From NCBI GenBank assembly GCA_013265495.1, contig MU062133.1, forward strand, positions 4,665,819 to 4,729,818: a stretch of DNA of 64,000 nucleotides. Direction: 5' to 3'. This document shows, piece by piece, positions 1 to 10,960 of the stretch; positions within the stretch are counted from its first letter, which is position 1; every line of letters starts with the position of its first letter. The notes below the pieces were generated by a model. It was not told the DNA's origin. It was given only the letters and a program-made list of their open reading frames with translations, and did not search any database. The DNA is from Vicugna vicugna. Lineage: Eukaryota. The translations under genes and the position numbers were made by a program.

Positions 1-174
1 GGAAATGGCTCTGTTAACAGTAAGGTGCTGTCCTGGTGCCAGAGAGTGCTCTCAGCTCCCGGAAAAGGAAGCACAGAGGAAATCCCATCAGTTAATGAGC
101 TTGCTTCTGGGTTACTCTTGCAAGGGGATTTCGTGATAAGGAGCAGGCGAGGAGCAGTTGCCATCCCAGGCTAT

Positions 175-345
175 AGCCTTTCTACTTAAAGTGTGGTTCG
201 TGGACCGGTAGCATCTGCATCACCGGGGAGACTGTTAGACATGCCGAGCAGGGGTCCCCACCCCACACCTACCCAATCAGAACTTGCATTTGAACAAAAT
301 ACCCCATGAGCCATAGACATATAGAAGTGGGAGAAGCATTGGTCT
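175..345. mobile_element. MER5A-like hAT-Charlie MITE
   Basis: 'aaagtgtggttcgtggaccggtagcatctgcatcacc...acttgcatttgaacaaaat...gagaagcattg' follows the recalled MER5A/MER5A1 consensus. Confidence 0.8.
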
Positions 346-809
346 ACAGGCCTTGGTGTTAAAGAGTAAGAGTTGACAAGGAAATTAACCAGCACTGGAC
401 AAGAAGTTTTGTGACCCTGGAGGAGAACGGCCATGTGACCTGCACACACCTTTGGTACTTTGGGGTTGCTTGGGACAATGTCAGAAATACAAACGATAAG
501 AGAAAGGAGAAAGAAGTGAGGACCTGTCTTCACTCAAGAAAGGCTGGGCAATGTCAGGCTGCCAGGAAAGGTGGACATTGTAGACTGTTGGCTGCGCTCT
601 GGGGCGCTGCTCCCTCAGAGCCCCGTTCAGCCACTGGGTGGTTCAGCTCCAGTGGTCATGTCACTCCTGGGGCCAGGGCTCAGGTGCTGCTGGATGGGTA
701 GGGGGAACCCAGGCGAAACAGCTGTCTTCGCGGAGCCTAACTACACTCAAAGATCCAACTTAGCTCAATCAACATCACAAAGGCTTCTAATGAGGAGCTG
801 GCAGGCAGG

Positions 810-872
810 AACTCTTTGATATCAATTAGTTAATCATTAGGTTAACCCGCACTGATCGCACTGATCGATGGT
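810..872. promoter_or_regulatory. Candidate enhancer core (TCF/LEF, ONECUT, HNF1 motifs)
   Basis: CTTTGAT 814-820, ATCAAT 821-826, GTTAATCATTAGG 829-841 (11/13 to HNF1 GTTAATNATTAAC), TGATCGAT near 862-869. Confidence 0.4.
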
Positions 873-1254
873 TGGACTAACTACACTTAGAGGCACCCTG
901 ACATTTTTACTGTTATAGGAGAACTCAGAGGGGCATCTCACTGGCTGCCCAGGCATTTTCTTGCTTTCTTACCTTTCCTCGAGGGAGGGGTTCCTTCTGC
1001 TTGGAAACCCTCCTCCTCCATTCTCTTCTCAATTTAATGCTGAATGGGCTCCTTATCCTTTCAGACTTAGCTCAGTTGCCACCTTCTCAGTGCGACCCTG
1101 ATCACAGTGGGACTCTCAGTCAGTTTGGGGTAAGAGTACACCTGGAAGCTGAGGATCCAGAAGGGGAATTTTCCCCTTTAAAACGCTCAGTGACTCACAT
1201 TCCCCTTGGGACCCCATAGAAAGCCTTGGTGTAGCGGGAAGAGGTATTTGTGTT

Positions 1255-1392
1255 ACCATAGAGCGCCTCCTTTGTGGCTGGCACTTTCTAAGGGGTTTTA
1301 CAGAGACTGGTTTATGTCATCCTGCGGACCTTCCTAGGTGGAGAGTGTCATCTGCATTTTACACACAAAGAGACCAAGGCTCAGTAGAGCTC
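1255..1392 (-). mobile_element. MIR SINE fragment
   Basis: 'ctgcattttacacacaaagagaccaaggctcag' is the reverse-strand MIR core. Confidence 0.6.
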
Positions 1393-1903
1393 AGATGTAT
1401 ACACAACATTCTCCAGCTCCAGCTCCTGAGCGAGTCCTGCTCCTCCTACCCTCTGTAGATTTGAGGAGGGGGAGGTTGGGGAGAAGAGGGACGGAGACCC
1501 TGTCTATGATGGGAGCCCCCTGGGTAGAATCACCAAGCTCCCGGATATACCTGGAAGTCCAGTGTTGGAGGGGGTGTATGGAGATTTCCAAGATGAGCCA
1601 CTCAGAGCATTGTCCATCTCTCCCTGCTGGGTGACAATCAGGATCCTATAACGTCAGACATCTAAATGGACTGAGATGGGAGGTCCCGTCCAGCTATAAC
1701 GCTTCCAATACTGTGGGACGAAAGGAAAAACGTAGCTCCTTTTTTCCTCTTCTTGACTAGATATTTTTTTCTTTCTCTCTTTCTTTTTGAAGTGGGTATA
1801 TTTAGCCATTATAACTGGTTAGAAGCCAGAGATAGTTAGGCGTCTTCTGGTTGGAACAGAAATAGTTCTGTTAGCGGTGGACTGCGGCCAAGCTCCTGGA
1901 CAG

Positions 1904-2099
1904 NNNNNNNNNNNNNNNNNNNNNNNNNNNNNNNNNNNNNNNNNNNNNNNNNNNNNNNNNNNNNNNNNNNNNNNNNNNNNNNNNNNNNNNNNNNNNNNNN
2001 NNNNNNNNNNNNNNNNNNNNNNNNNNNNNNNNNNNNNNNNNNNNNNNNNNNNNNNNNNNNNNNNNNNNNNNNNNNNNNNNNNNNNNNNNNNNNNNNNNN
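1904..2099. other. Assembly gap (196 N)
   Basis: Run of N. Confidence 1.
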
Positions 2100-2544
2100 G
2101 AGTTTGGAAAACTGCCTTCAGGCCCCTGACACCTTTGCCCCCGACCCTGGAAAGTGCTCAGACCTGGCTGGCTCATCCTCAAGTGTACAGACAGTGCCCA
2201 GGATGCTAACGGTTTTTACAATCAATGTTTTACAATAAATGTTTGTTAGTTTTAACTATGAAATACATAGGAAGTGCGCTGATATCCTCTGGAACTGAGG
2301 CATGTGCTTGGTTCCATGTACACTGACTGTGGAAGGATCTCTTGGTGTTTATCCAATTACTAATAATGACTGGATGAAGTAGGCTAGTGACTTATTCATG
2401 CTCCTAAATGTATGAGAGAGGATTTCCGTAAACCCGCGGATATTCCAAGTATTCACAGCGTGGATATGAAACCTGGGGATATTGTGTCTTTTAAAACAGC
2501 AATAACAAACCCGAAGTCACTTCAGCCATGCAGGGCAGGGGAAG

Positions 2545-2710
2545 GATGGACTTGGCAGAAGTGGGTTTGAATTCACACTTTGTTTCCAGCAGGATGATTT
2601 CAGATAAGTCGCTTGGTCCCTTTGGACCTCAGTTTCCTCATCACTATCAGTTATCTTAAACGCCTTTGCTCAAATGAGACAGCAAATATGAAAATAATTT
2701 GCAGAGTATA
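2545..2710 (+). mobile_element. MIR SINE fragment
   Basis: 'gggtttgaattcac...gataagtcgcttggtccctttggacctcagtttcctcatc' MIR core. Confidence 0.7.
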
Positions 2711-2850
2711 TGGTTCATTGTATTTTCATTTATTTAGGCTAATTTTTAAAGGCTAGAAAACTGAGCTTTTTTTTTTTTTTAAAAAAAACAAATTCTCAAT
2801 GAACCCAACTTGAATTAGTAATATTTTATAGGGTTCAAAATGCCTGTGTA

Positions 2851-2997
2851 GGGGGAGGGTATAGCCCAGTGGTAGAGTGCATGCATAGCATGCGCAGGGT
2901 CCTGGGTTCAATCCCCAGTACCTCCATTTAAAATAATAATAAATAATAATGATAATAATAAGTAAATAAACCAAATTACCTCCCCTCCGCCCCACCA
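2851..2997 (+). mobile_element. Camelid tRNA-Ala-derived SINE (vic-1-like), full length with TSD
   Basis: Head 'gggggagggtatagcccagtggtagagtgc...gggttcaatccccagtacctcca' is close to tRNA-Ala(AGC); A box 2862-2872, B box 2905-2914; perfect 14-bp TSD AAAATGCCTGTGTA at 2837-2850 and 2998-3011. Confidence 0.92.
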
Positions 2998-3769
2998 AAA
3001 ATGCCTGTGTAATAGGTGAGGGAGGCAGCTGAGGCCCAGAGAGGGTTAGTAACCATCTAAGTCCTTTGGCCCATGGTAGCTGGACCGAAGAATAGTTCTC
3101 CTGGGTCCCAAACTCTGTGTTCTGGCTTACTTCTTCCCATGGGCCAGAAGAGCAGTGAGTGCAGCCATGTCCCTCTCTTCCCGCTGAGGTCACCTAGTGC
3201 TGTGTGGCTCTGGGCAACTCTCTTGCCTACGCCGAGTCTCTGCTTCCCCATCTGTAAAGTAAGCATCGTGGACCTGAAGATCTTCAGGTCCCTGCCATTC
3301 CAATCAGTTAGCATTCCAGTGTATTCACCAGAAGCCCCTTCTGGAAAGAGCATGCTCAGTTTCAAAATCTAAGTCTCCCCTTTGATTGAATTGACTTCTT
3401 CCCCTGGGCTAGTATGGAAATTTCTTAAAGTTCAGTTACAGCAGGTGTCTTAACTACGTTGTAGTTTTCTCCTGGGCGAGGGTGGGGAATGTACCTCGCA
3501 AATATTTCTTCGTATCCTCTGAAGACCCTCGCACAGAGCTGGCGCAGAGCAACGTTCAGGAAATGTGTGTTGAATTGAAAACCCGTCCCCCAGGAGGTCA
3601 ACACCTTAGTAACTTACTCTGTCATCCTAAAATGATAATTAAGGAAACCGTGGAGAACTATGGAAAAACAGTAAAGATACAAGATTGATGAGAACAGCAG
3701 ACACTGAGATGGTCTCTGCACTCTGATTAAACCATAAAATGCACACAGTCAGGACAAAGGTAAGAGTAG

Positions 3770-4380
3770 AATAATATAACAACAACAACAACACCGCCAC
3801 CACCACCAGAGACAAATACCTATTGAGCTCCTATATGTCTCGTGGTTTTCTAAACTTTTCGGATACATCATTTCACTTAATTGTCATATAATCCTCATGC
3901 GGGATGTAATATTTCTGTCCCCATTTTGCAGATGAGGACACTGAGGGAGGTTAAATAATCTGCTAGTAGGCGGCAGAGCTGGGACGCACATCTGAGCACC
4001 GCCTATGCATGAATGTTAGGACGCACTCCCAAAGTGTATGGCAGGCATCCTACGGTGATTAATTCACTTAGTCTTCACGACAGCCTTCCTCAGGAGTTAT
4101 TTTTATCCCTATTTTACACCTAAGAAACCTGAGACTCGGAGAGTGATTTGGAGGAGCTGGGATTTGGAGGAGCTGGGATTTGCTCTTTATCAAACAGATG
4201 GTAACAGAATATCAGCGATAGAGGCCGCGTGATGCCCAGGCAAGGGCCTGGCCTCGTCAGGCCATGCTGTCTGGACTCCAGTCCCAGCTCTGCCCATCGG
4301 AAGCCGTGTGATTCAGGGCAAAGTGCTTCTTCTGCGCCTCAGTCTCTTCATCTGTAAAATGAGGATGATTTCAGGCAGTG
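3770..4380. mobile_element. Cluster of three MIR fragments (two minus, one plus)
   Basis: 'ccccattttgcagatgaggacactgagg', 'cctattttacacctaagaaacctgagactc' and 'cctcagtctcttcatctgtaaaatgagg' cores. Confidence 0.75.
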
Positions 4381-5079
4381 ACTGCGCCTTCTAGAAAATT
4401 CACAGAATAACGGGCTAGAGTAATGAAACCACGGCAGGTGTGTGGAGGCTGGCATCCCAGCTGGGGCTCAGTGCACAGGTATTCAGGGGACAGGAAAGCC
4501 AGGTGTCTGGAGGATGGGTGTGGGGAAGGCATTCATTGAACAGAGAGCTCAACTCTAATGGCCACACAACATAGCCTTGGAGACTGAAATCATGCAGATT
4601 GTGTATAATATTTAGTTTCTAAACTTGTCCTTACATTATCCAACTAGCAAACATTTTAGGTGGAATTTAAATATGAAATGAAAGAAAAAGGGAAATCAGA
4701 TTATGATTCACCATTGAATCTGAGTCATGGTTTTCTCCTTGGTCAGGGATTTGCTCATCCTCTGCCTTACTGATCTTGTTACCCTTATGATGATGATCAT
4801 AGTAATGCAATTATTAAAATCATTATTACCACTGATTATTGATTTGCAAAAGCCTTTACCAACTGCAAGTCTCTAGTTTATAAGTAAAGAAGGAAAGTCC
4901 ATTAAGGAGCAGAGAGCCGGCCACTGCCAGCTGGTGCGTGGCTGTGTTAATTGCAGATCATTCTAATCTTATTATTAAAGAGCCACCTCTACTACATACA
5001 CCGCGAGCGTTTATGTGAATACCATGCGTGCTTGAAATCGATCTGACTGTGTTTCTTACAACACCCTTACAATTTCCAC

Positions 5080-5230
5080 TTCAAACAACTGTTTAATAAG
5101 CACCTACTGTGCCCCCAGCACCGTGGCTGGCTTTTTGGGAGAATCAGAAACAGTAAACTATGGGGTCCCTGATCTCAAAGCTCTTAGAATCTCAGTGAAG
5201 GTAATAGATGCACACATGAAAAATACCGGG
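5080..5230 (-). mobile_element. L2 LINE 3' end
   Basis: 'caaacaactgtttaataagcacctactgtgccc' is the reverse-strand L2 tail. Confidence 0.65.
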
Positions 5231-5274
5231 AACAGGATTTGAAACTGGATGAGACGACTGCATGGGCCACACAA

Positions 5275-5930
5275 CTTTTTTTTTGAAATAGACTTTATTT
5301 TTTACAGCAGTTTTAGCTTCACAGCAAAACTGAGAGGAAGGTACAGAGATTTCTCACAAGCCTCCTACCCCTCTAACATGCACCGTCTGCCCTGTGATCA
5401 ACATTCCCACCAAGACAGTACATTTGTTACGTTGGTGAGTCTGCGCTGACACATCATTATTGCTCAAGGTCCACAGTTTACATTGGGGTTCACTCTTGGT
5501 GTTGGACATTCTGTGGGTTTGGACAAACATATGATGACAGGTGTCCGTCATTACAGCACCATACAGAGTATTTCCACTACCCTGTAATGCTTTGTGCTCC
5601 ATCTATTCATCCCTCTCTCCTACTAGGCCCTGGCAACCACTGATCTTTTTACTGCCTCTGTAGTTTGCCTTTCCCAGAACGTCATATAGTTGGAACCATA
5701 CAATGTGAAGCCTTTTGAAATTAACTCCTTTCACTTAGTAATATGCATTTAAGTTTCCTCCACATCTTTTCGTGGCTTGATAGCTCTTTTCTCCTTAGTG
5801 CTGGATAGTATGCCATGGTCTGGATGGACCACAGTTCATTTATCTGGTCACCTGCTGAAGGACGTCTTAGTTATTTCCAAGTTTTGGCAGTTATGAACGG
5901 AGCTGCCATAAACATCTGCTGTGTCAGTTT
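5275..5930 (-). mobile_element. Old L1 (L1MA/L1MB-type) 3' UTR fragment
   Basis: 'agactttattttttacagcagttttagcttcacagcaaaactgag...ccacagtttacattggggttcactcttggtgttg' matches the L1MA/MB 3' UTR. Confidence 0.8.
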
Positions 5931-6029
5931 GATTTTATATCTTTAAGTTATTTTATATCTTATTAAACTGCAATTTCTTTATCCAATAGAGATAGTAACA
6001 GAGGCAGGATAACACAGAGAACAACATGG

Positions 6030-6300
6030 AGGTTGCCCTGGAAACAGACTGGGTTCTGACGGTGGCGCAGACGCTTACCACGTCACTTAACCTCCAGTGA
6101 GGGTGAGAATCACTCCTACTTCATGAGTTTGCTATAAGAATAGTGCCTGAAAAATGGTTAATACTCACGAGTTGTTAAATGAATGAAATAAATAATGCCC
6201 ATCTCACAGTGCTGCTTTCACAGGTAATGAAAACGTGCGTACATTACCTGGTATAGAACCTTGCATATGATAGACGTTCAATTAGTGTTGTTTCTTCCTT
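6030..6300 (+). mobile_element. MIR fragments
   Basis: 'gactgggttctgac...cacttaacctc...tagtgcctgaaaaatggtaata' is MIR-like. Confidence 0.55.
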
Positions 6301-6376
6301 TCTTTGCTCTTGTTCTTGCTTTCAGAGCACTGCACCAGGAGTGTTTCCTGCCTATGACCTCGTAGGAGGTGTAGAC

Positions 6377-6551
6377 CAGCACTTCCTAAACTTGGCAGTA
6401 CACTGGAATCACTTGGAGAACTTTAAAGGTTCCCAATTTCCAAGCACATTCTGACGAATTAGATCAGACTGGTTGGGGATGGAACCCAGACATCAGTGCT
6501 TTTCAGAACTCTCCTTGTGATTCCAATGTGCAGTCAAGTTGGAGAGCCAGT
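6377..6551. mobile_element. MER5A MITE
   Basis: 'cttcctaaacttggcagtacactggaatcacttggagaactttaaa...gtgattccaatgtgcagtcaagttggagagcc'. Confidence 0.85.
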
Positions 6552-6682
6552 AGTATGTAGACCATCAGAGTCGCGATGGGGTCCTGGAAGTGGCCAGGGA
6601 TGGCTTCTTGAAGTTAGTCTTCTTTTTGATGGCTCGTAGAGGCTGTCCCCTTAGCTCAACCCACCTCAGAAGCTGAAATCAT

Positions 6683-7075
6683 ACCTTCAACAAATTGTTG
6701 GTGGCACTGGTGGTGTGTAAGCGGCAGAGGGTGCATCCCTGAGCAAGACAAGCCAGGTCCTATCCTCATGGGGCTTCCATTAGAAAGTGAAGATGGACAT
6801 ACACACAAAAGAATAAATATTATGCTAAGAAGAATAGTGCTAAGTGCCATAAAGAAGAGAAAAGAGCAACGGTGCAGAGTGATCCAGGTGGGCTGGGTTC
6901 AGAGGGCTCTCTGCTAAGTTGATGTTTGATTTGAGCCCAGAGGGATGACATGGCGCCAGCCCTATGAGGAGCGCTCCAGGTGGCGGCCACACTTTGTGTG
7001 TCACAGGATGGAACGGCTGTGAGGGTGGTGTACAGTCAGCGAGACCAATGGCCCAGACAGGAGCCTGGAGAACTG
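6683..7075 (-). mobile_element. L2 LINE fragment
   Basis: 'ttcaacaaattgttg...agccaggtcctatcctcatggggctt...gagggctctctgctaagttgatgtttgatttgag' is typical of reverse-strand L2. Confidence 0.65.
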
Positions 7076-7564
7076 TGACTGTGTTTCAGCTCATCATTCA
7101 TGAACTAGACCAGACAGGGCCCCAAGATCTAGATCAGGAGGAGCTCCTGCCTTTGAGATGGAATGACCCACATTTATTTTCTACTTTCTTTGTGATCCTA
7201 ATGATGTCTCGGAGCTGGTACCCACAGACAGGCTGGGGTGGAGGGGTAGCCATCATTAGCTGCTCCACTGATGTGGGAAGACCAGGCCCACTCAGAGTCT
7301 GTTATGTAGCCCTCTGGCCCAGGAACATCTGGGAGAAGCTGTGCTCCCACCTTCAAACATCCATGAAATGTCCACAAATAACATTCCAGCTGCTGTGCAG
7401 AATAGCACCTGGGGACACGTGTCGTCTGGAGCGGTTTAAACCATTCCTTTCTCTCCCCTCCCTTTCTTCAGAAGCAGAGCTGAGCTCAGTTGCCTCAGAA
7501 AATCCATCTCAGGAATCTTAAAGCTGAGCTTTGAATTTCTTTCCCAGCAACTTACTTGAAGCAG

Positions 7565-7700
7565 AACAGTGAAAAGAGCACCGGGCTCGAGCCGAGCTGA
7601 CTGGCTTTGTGATCTTGAGCGAGTCACTTAACCTTCAAGAGTCACGGTCCCTTCATCTGCAGACAAGGGGGTTGCATGGGGTGTTTGCAACGGTGTCTTT
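7565..7700 (+). mobile_element. MIR SINE
   Basis: 'gctttgtgatcttgagcgagtcacttaaccttc...ccttcatctgcagacaagggg'. Confidence 0.7.
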
Positions 7701-8399
7701 GAGCTCTAATGATCTGGTTTCTTAAAGCAGAGTCCTTCCTTCGCTCCTATTCAAGGGAGGCAGAGAGAGGAGGGGAGGGTCCCTGCCTGGATCACAGTTG
7801 CCCTCCCAGAGCTCTCGCCTTCTGCTCGTGGCGCTCTCTCATCCTGCCTCTTACAACGTCAAAGGCAGAGGAATGTGATATTGAAAGACTTGTGGCTTCT
7901 GACCTGGGAATTGATCAGTGCGTGTTGAGCACCTACTAAGAACCTAAGCCTGTGCTGGCCACTGGGAAACTAGAGGAAATTCATCAAAAGAAGGAAGAAG
8001 AAATTAAAAAAAAAAAAGGAAGAAAATGATTCATTTTCTCCTCTGAAGAAACATGTTCTAGTTGTCCAGTAAAGTGTAACATTAGTGAACCCTTACTCTG
8101 TGCTAGTAAGTTAATACGAGATAAAGGTGCTGTATCATTTAATTATCTTTTAAAAGGATAGATTCCTCCTTTTTATCAGTTTTCAGAATGACTTTGTGCC
8201 CGTACAACTGCTAAGGTGAACACTGACATTTAAAAGAGTTTTATGAACTCACGGAGTTTTGTGTGTGTATTTATTTCAAGTTTCGTTCCTTTTGGTTATT
8301 TTCGTTTTTCAGACTCAAGATGCATCATTTTCCGCCAGGAGCAGTCCTTCAGATGGGCTGCTGTGACCTTTGGACACAAACCCAGCAATCTTTGAGAGC

Positions 8400-8580
8400 T
8401 TCCCTGCTATCTGGTACAGTGTTTCATCCTTGCTACAACCCCAAAGGGATAGATACTATTATGATTGGCATTTTACAGATGATAAAACTGAGGATTGCCC
8501 AAGGCCATAAGGCTGGGGAAGGTGGGGTTGGAATGTGACCTTGCCCTCGGATTCCAAACTCTTAACCATTACACCATGCA
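8400..8580 (-). mobile_element. MIR SINE
   Basis: 'cattttacagatgataaaactgagg...cccaaggccata'. Confidence 0.7.
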
Positions 8581-8660
8581 GTCAATGTGAAGAGATAAGA
8601 TTAATGCAAAGGAAATAATTTGTAAATAACGAGGAATACATGAAATTAATTTAACAAGGA

Positions 8661-8981
8661 TGCCGTTAGACTGAGGTGGATCTAATGTCTTAATGTAGCC
8701 TAGGAAGCGAAGCAAACCTAAGCCTACATTGCGGCAAGGTTAAGAAATCACAGCCAATTACCAACAGCCAACTAGGATCTCCTGAACTAGGCAACTGAGG
8801 ACTTGACCGGCAATCAAAGAACTTTCTTGCTTTGCTTCCATGTCTTCCCTATATGTCTTGCCCCTGCTCCTGTCAGTGGACTGCTCATGACCACATCTGG
8901 TTGAGTGCTGTCTGATTGGAATCGATTTTTGCTCAAGCAAATGCTCAAAAATTGTTATATGCCTCAGTTTATCTTTTAACA
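8661..8981 (+). mobile_element. Probable ERV1-class solo LTR
   Basis: TG...CA ends, CCAAT-like boxes ('agccaatt', 'ggcaatca'), TATA-like 'ccctatat', and 3' end 'tatgcctcagtttatcttttaaca' resembling MER4-group LTRs; no TSD found. Confidence 0.55.
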
Positions 8982-9774
8982 AGTGGCATATGTCTTTTGG
9001 TTACTTCACTTAAACAAACCTCTATTAAGTTCCAAGCAGATGCCAAGTTCCGGGAGGTGACTAAGACAGTTCCTGTCCTCCAGGCTCTAATGCTTCATTA
9101 AGGATTGACCTCTGTGGTCATGACATGGATAGGAAAGGAATTCAGTGTGGATGGTGGAGGGAGGCCATGTGGGTGGAGGCCCAGGAGAGTTCTGGGATGA
9201 ATTAGATCTGGTCTTAATCTTGGCTGATTAAGAACTTTTCTGGGAAGAGGCATTCCAGGCAGGGGGTGACATGAGCAAAGTCCCAGAGGCAGGGACCAGC
9301 CTGGCAGTGGGGGTGGCAGGTGCCTCTATGGTCTCAAATCACTGGTCTTCCATAGGCTTGACTCCAAGGAGAGTGGGGTCATAGATCAAGTATGCCATGA
9401 AAATGACTCCTGGATGGCAAAAAACCCAAGTTCTGCATTATAGGAAAGGCCATGGATTATGGGAGCGTCCCTCCACCCCACAATGCTCTTCAACATTTTT
9501 TTTTTTGTATTTGTTTTGTTGTTGTTGTTAAATTGTTCCCGTACAGAATGAGAGTGGTGGCCCATTTTTCATGGGAACTGGTGTGGTGTGAGCTCTCGGA
9601 GGGGAGAGATTGCACTCACTGGTCTCTGTATCCTCCGTGATCACCATGAGTTGGTCCTTAGTCACTTTTAAAAACTGAAATAAATTTTCTTCCAAAACAT
9701 AGCCTTTGGTTGGACAATTCCATTACGTGTCCCTGAGAATCTACTGCAAAGAAATAATCAGGGATGTGGACAAA

Positions 9775-10135
9775 ACTTGCTGCCAGATTTGTTCATCATA
9801 GAAGTATTCGTATCAACAAAGCATGAGACCCAACCTAGAAGTGAGTGTCTAATCACACTGTGGTCCATTCTGTGCTGTTCTAGGTATGACTGCCTTAAAC
9901 CTGATGCAGCCTTTAAACATCACGTTTGTGGGGACTTCTTAATCACACGAGAATGTGCTTAGGGTATATTGTTAAAACATTCAGGGTATGATATTATAAA
10001 CACAAAATGACCCTAACTGTGTAAAAACAAATGCATGGAGAGAAGTCTGGCAAGCAATACACCAACGATGTCAATAAGAGCTTCTCTCTGGGACGGCTGT
10101 TACCTTCTCCTTTTTCGCTTTTCTCTATTTTCTAA
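9775..10135 (+). mobile_element. Ancient L1ME-like 3' fragment
   Basis: 'gatttgttcatcatagaagtattc...caataagagcttctctctggg' is degenerate L1ME-like sequence. Confidence 0.45.
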
Positions 10136-10151
10136 AATGGGTGAGCCTTAC

Positions 10152-10312
10152 GTTTTTTTCCTTGTTTTACTGAAGTACAGTCGGTTTACAATTTTGTGTC
10201 AATTTCTGGTGTATAGCATAATGTTTCGGGCATATGTATACATACGTATATTCATTTTCATATTCTTTCTCATCATAGTTACTACAAGATAGTGAATATA
10301 ATTCCCTGTGCT
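10152..10312 (-). mobile_element. Short 5'-truncated Cetartiodactyla-type L1 3' end
   Basis: 'ctgaagtacagtcggtttacaat...tttctggtgtatagcata...aatataattccctgtgct' is the same 3' end as the L1 at 26725; degenerate TSD gggtgagccttac/ggggagctttac. Confidence 0.8.
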
Positions 10313-10689
10313 GGGGAGCTTTACTTTTATAATTCACAAAAGAAAAGTCGTATAAAGGATGGATGTCATTGGTCTTCTTTACCTACCAACTCAACATTTT
10401 AACAAGTTAAAAGCTGAGTGTTATTTTTGTTGCCTAAAACAAAACAGGGAAGTCAGGAGGGGTGATGGATGCGTTGGGAAGGGGGGTAGGGGGGTGGGGT
10501 GGTCCAGCGGAACAGTCCCGGAAAAGGAGGTGAGTGCACTGAGTTGGCGAGATGATGACTGGGGGGTGGGGTCCCCACCTTGGTGGCTCCTACCCCTGTT
10601 CTGTGGCTACCTGAAGAGGTGGCCAGGCCAGTGCTGGTGGAAACTCCAATTTTACAGTCATTAGGGGCACAGTGGGCTGGGCAATCAGC

Positions 10690-10960
10690 GGAGGCTTTGA
10701 TCTGGTTAACCTCGCTGGGGGTCAGGCGGCTCTGACCTCGGCTGTGTTCTTACTCTAAAGCCGCAGCCGGGTCAGCGCCCCCATTGTTTCCCGGCCTACA
10801 TTAACTCCTGGGCCAGAGAACAGGGCCCGCTCCCCACCACCCGCCTCCCACCCAAGTGGGCCAGCTTTGTTCCCTCCCCATCGGCTCCCATTGTGCCTAC
10901 TCACGGGGAAAAAGCCAGCGTTCATTTCCTTACTCTAATGGCTCCATCCTCTTCCAGCCC
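10690..10960. promoter_or_regulatory. Candidate TCF/SOX enhancer, CpG-retaining
   Basis: CTTTGATC 10695-10702, CATTGTT 10782-10788, CTTTGTT 10865-10871, CATTGTG 10889-10895; no repeat recognised. Confidence 0.45.

Noticed and set aside
1871-2209. ORFs spanning N runs (also 33561-33944 and 44100-44365)
   Set aside because: Artefacts of translating through assembly gaps; the readable part of 44117-44365 is L1 ORF2
2851-2927. tRNA-Ala(AGC) genes (also at 16250-16326, 21750-21826 and 45085-45160)
   Set aside because: The heads resemble tRNA-Ala, but they have an altered 5' acceptor stem (GGGGAGGG), A-rich tails and, in two copies, clear TSDs; these are SINEs, not tRNA genes
4145-4182. 16-bp perfect tandem duplication GATTTGGAGGAGCTGG (similarly a 25-bp duplication at 35212-35261)
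   Set aside because: Only two units each, inside MIR copies; ordinary slippage duplications, not arrays or CRISPR-like repeats
6972-6985. CTCF-like GCTCCAGGTGGCGG (and weaker matches near 45320 and 52497)
   Set aside because: Only 10-11/14 matches with mismatches at informative positions; the first lies within an L2
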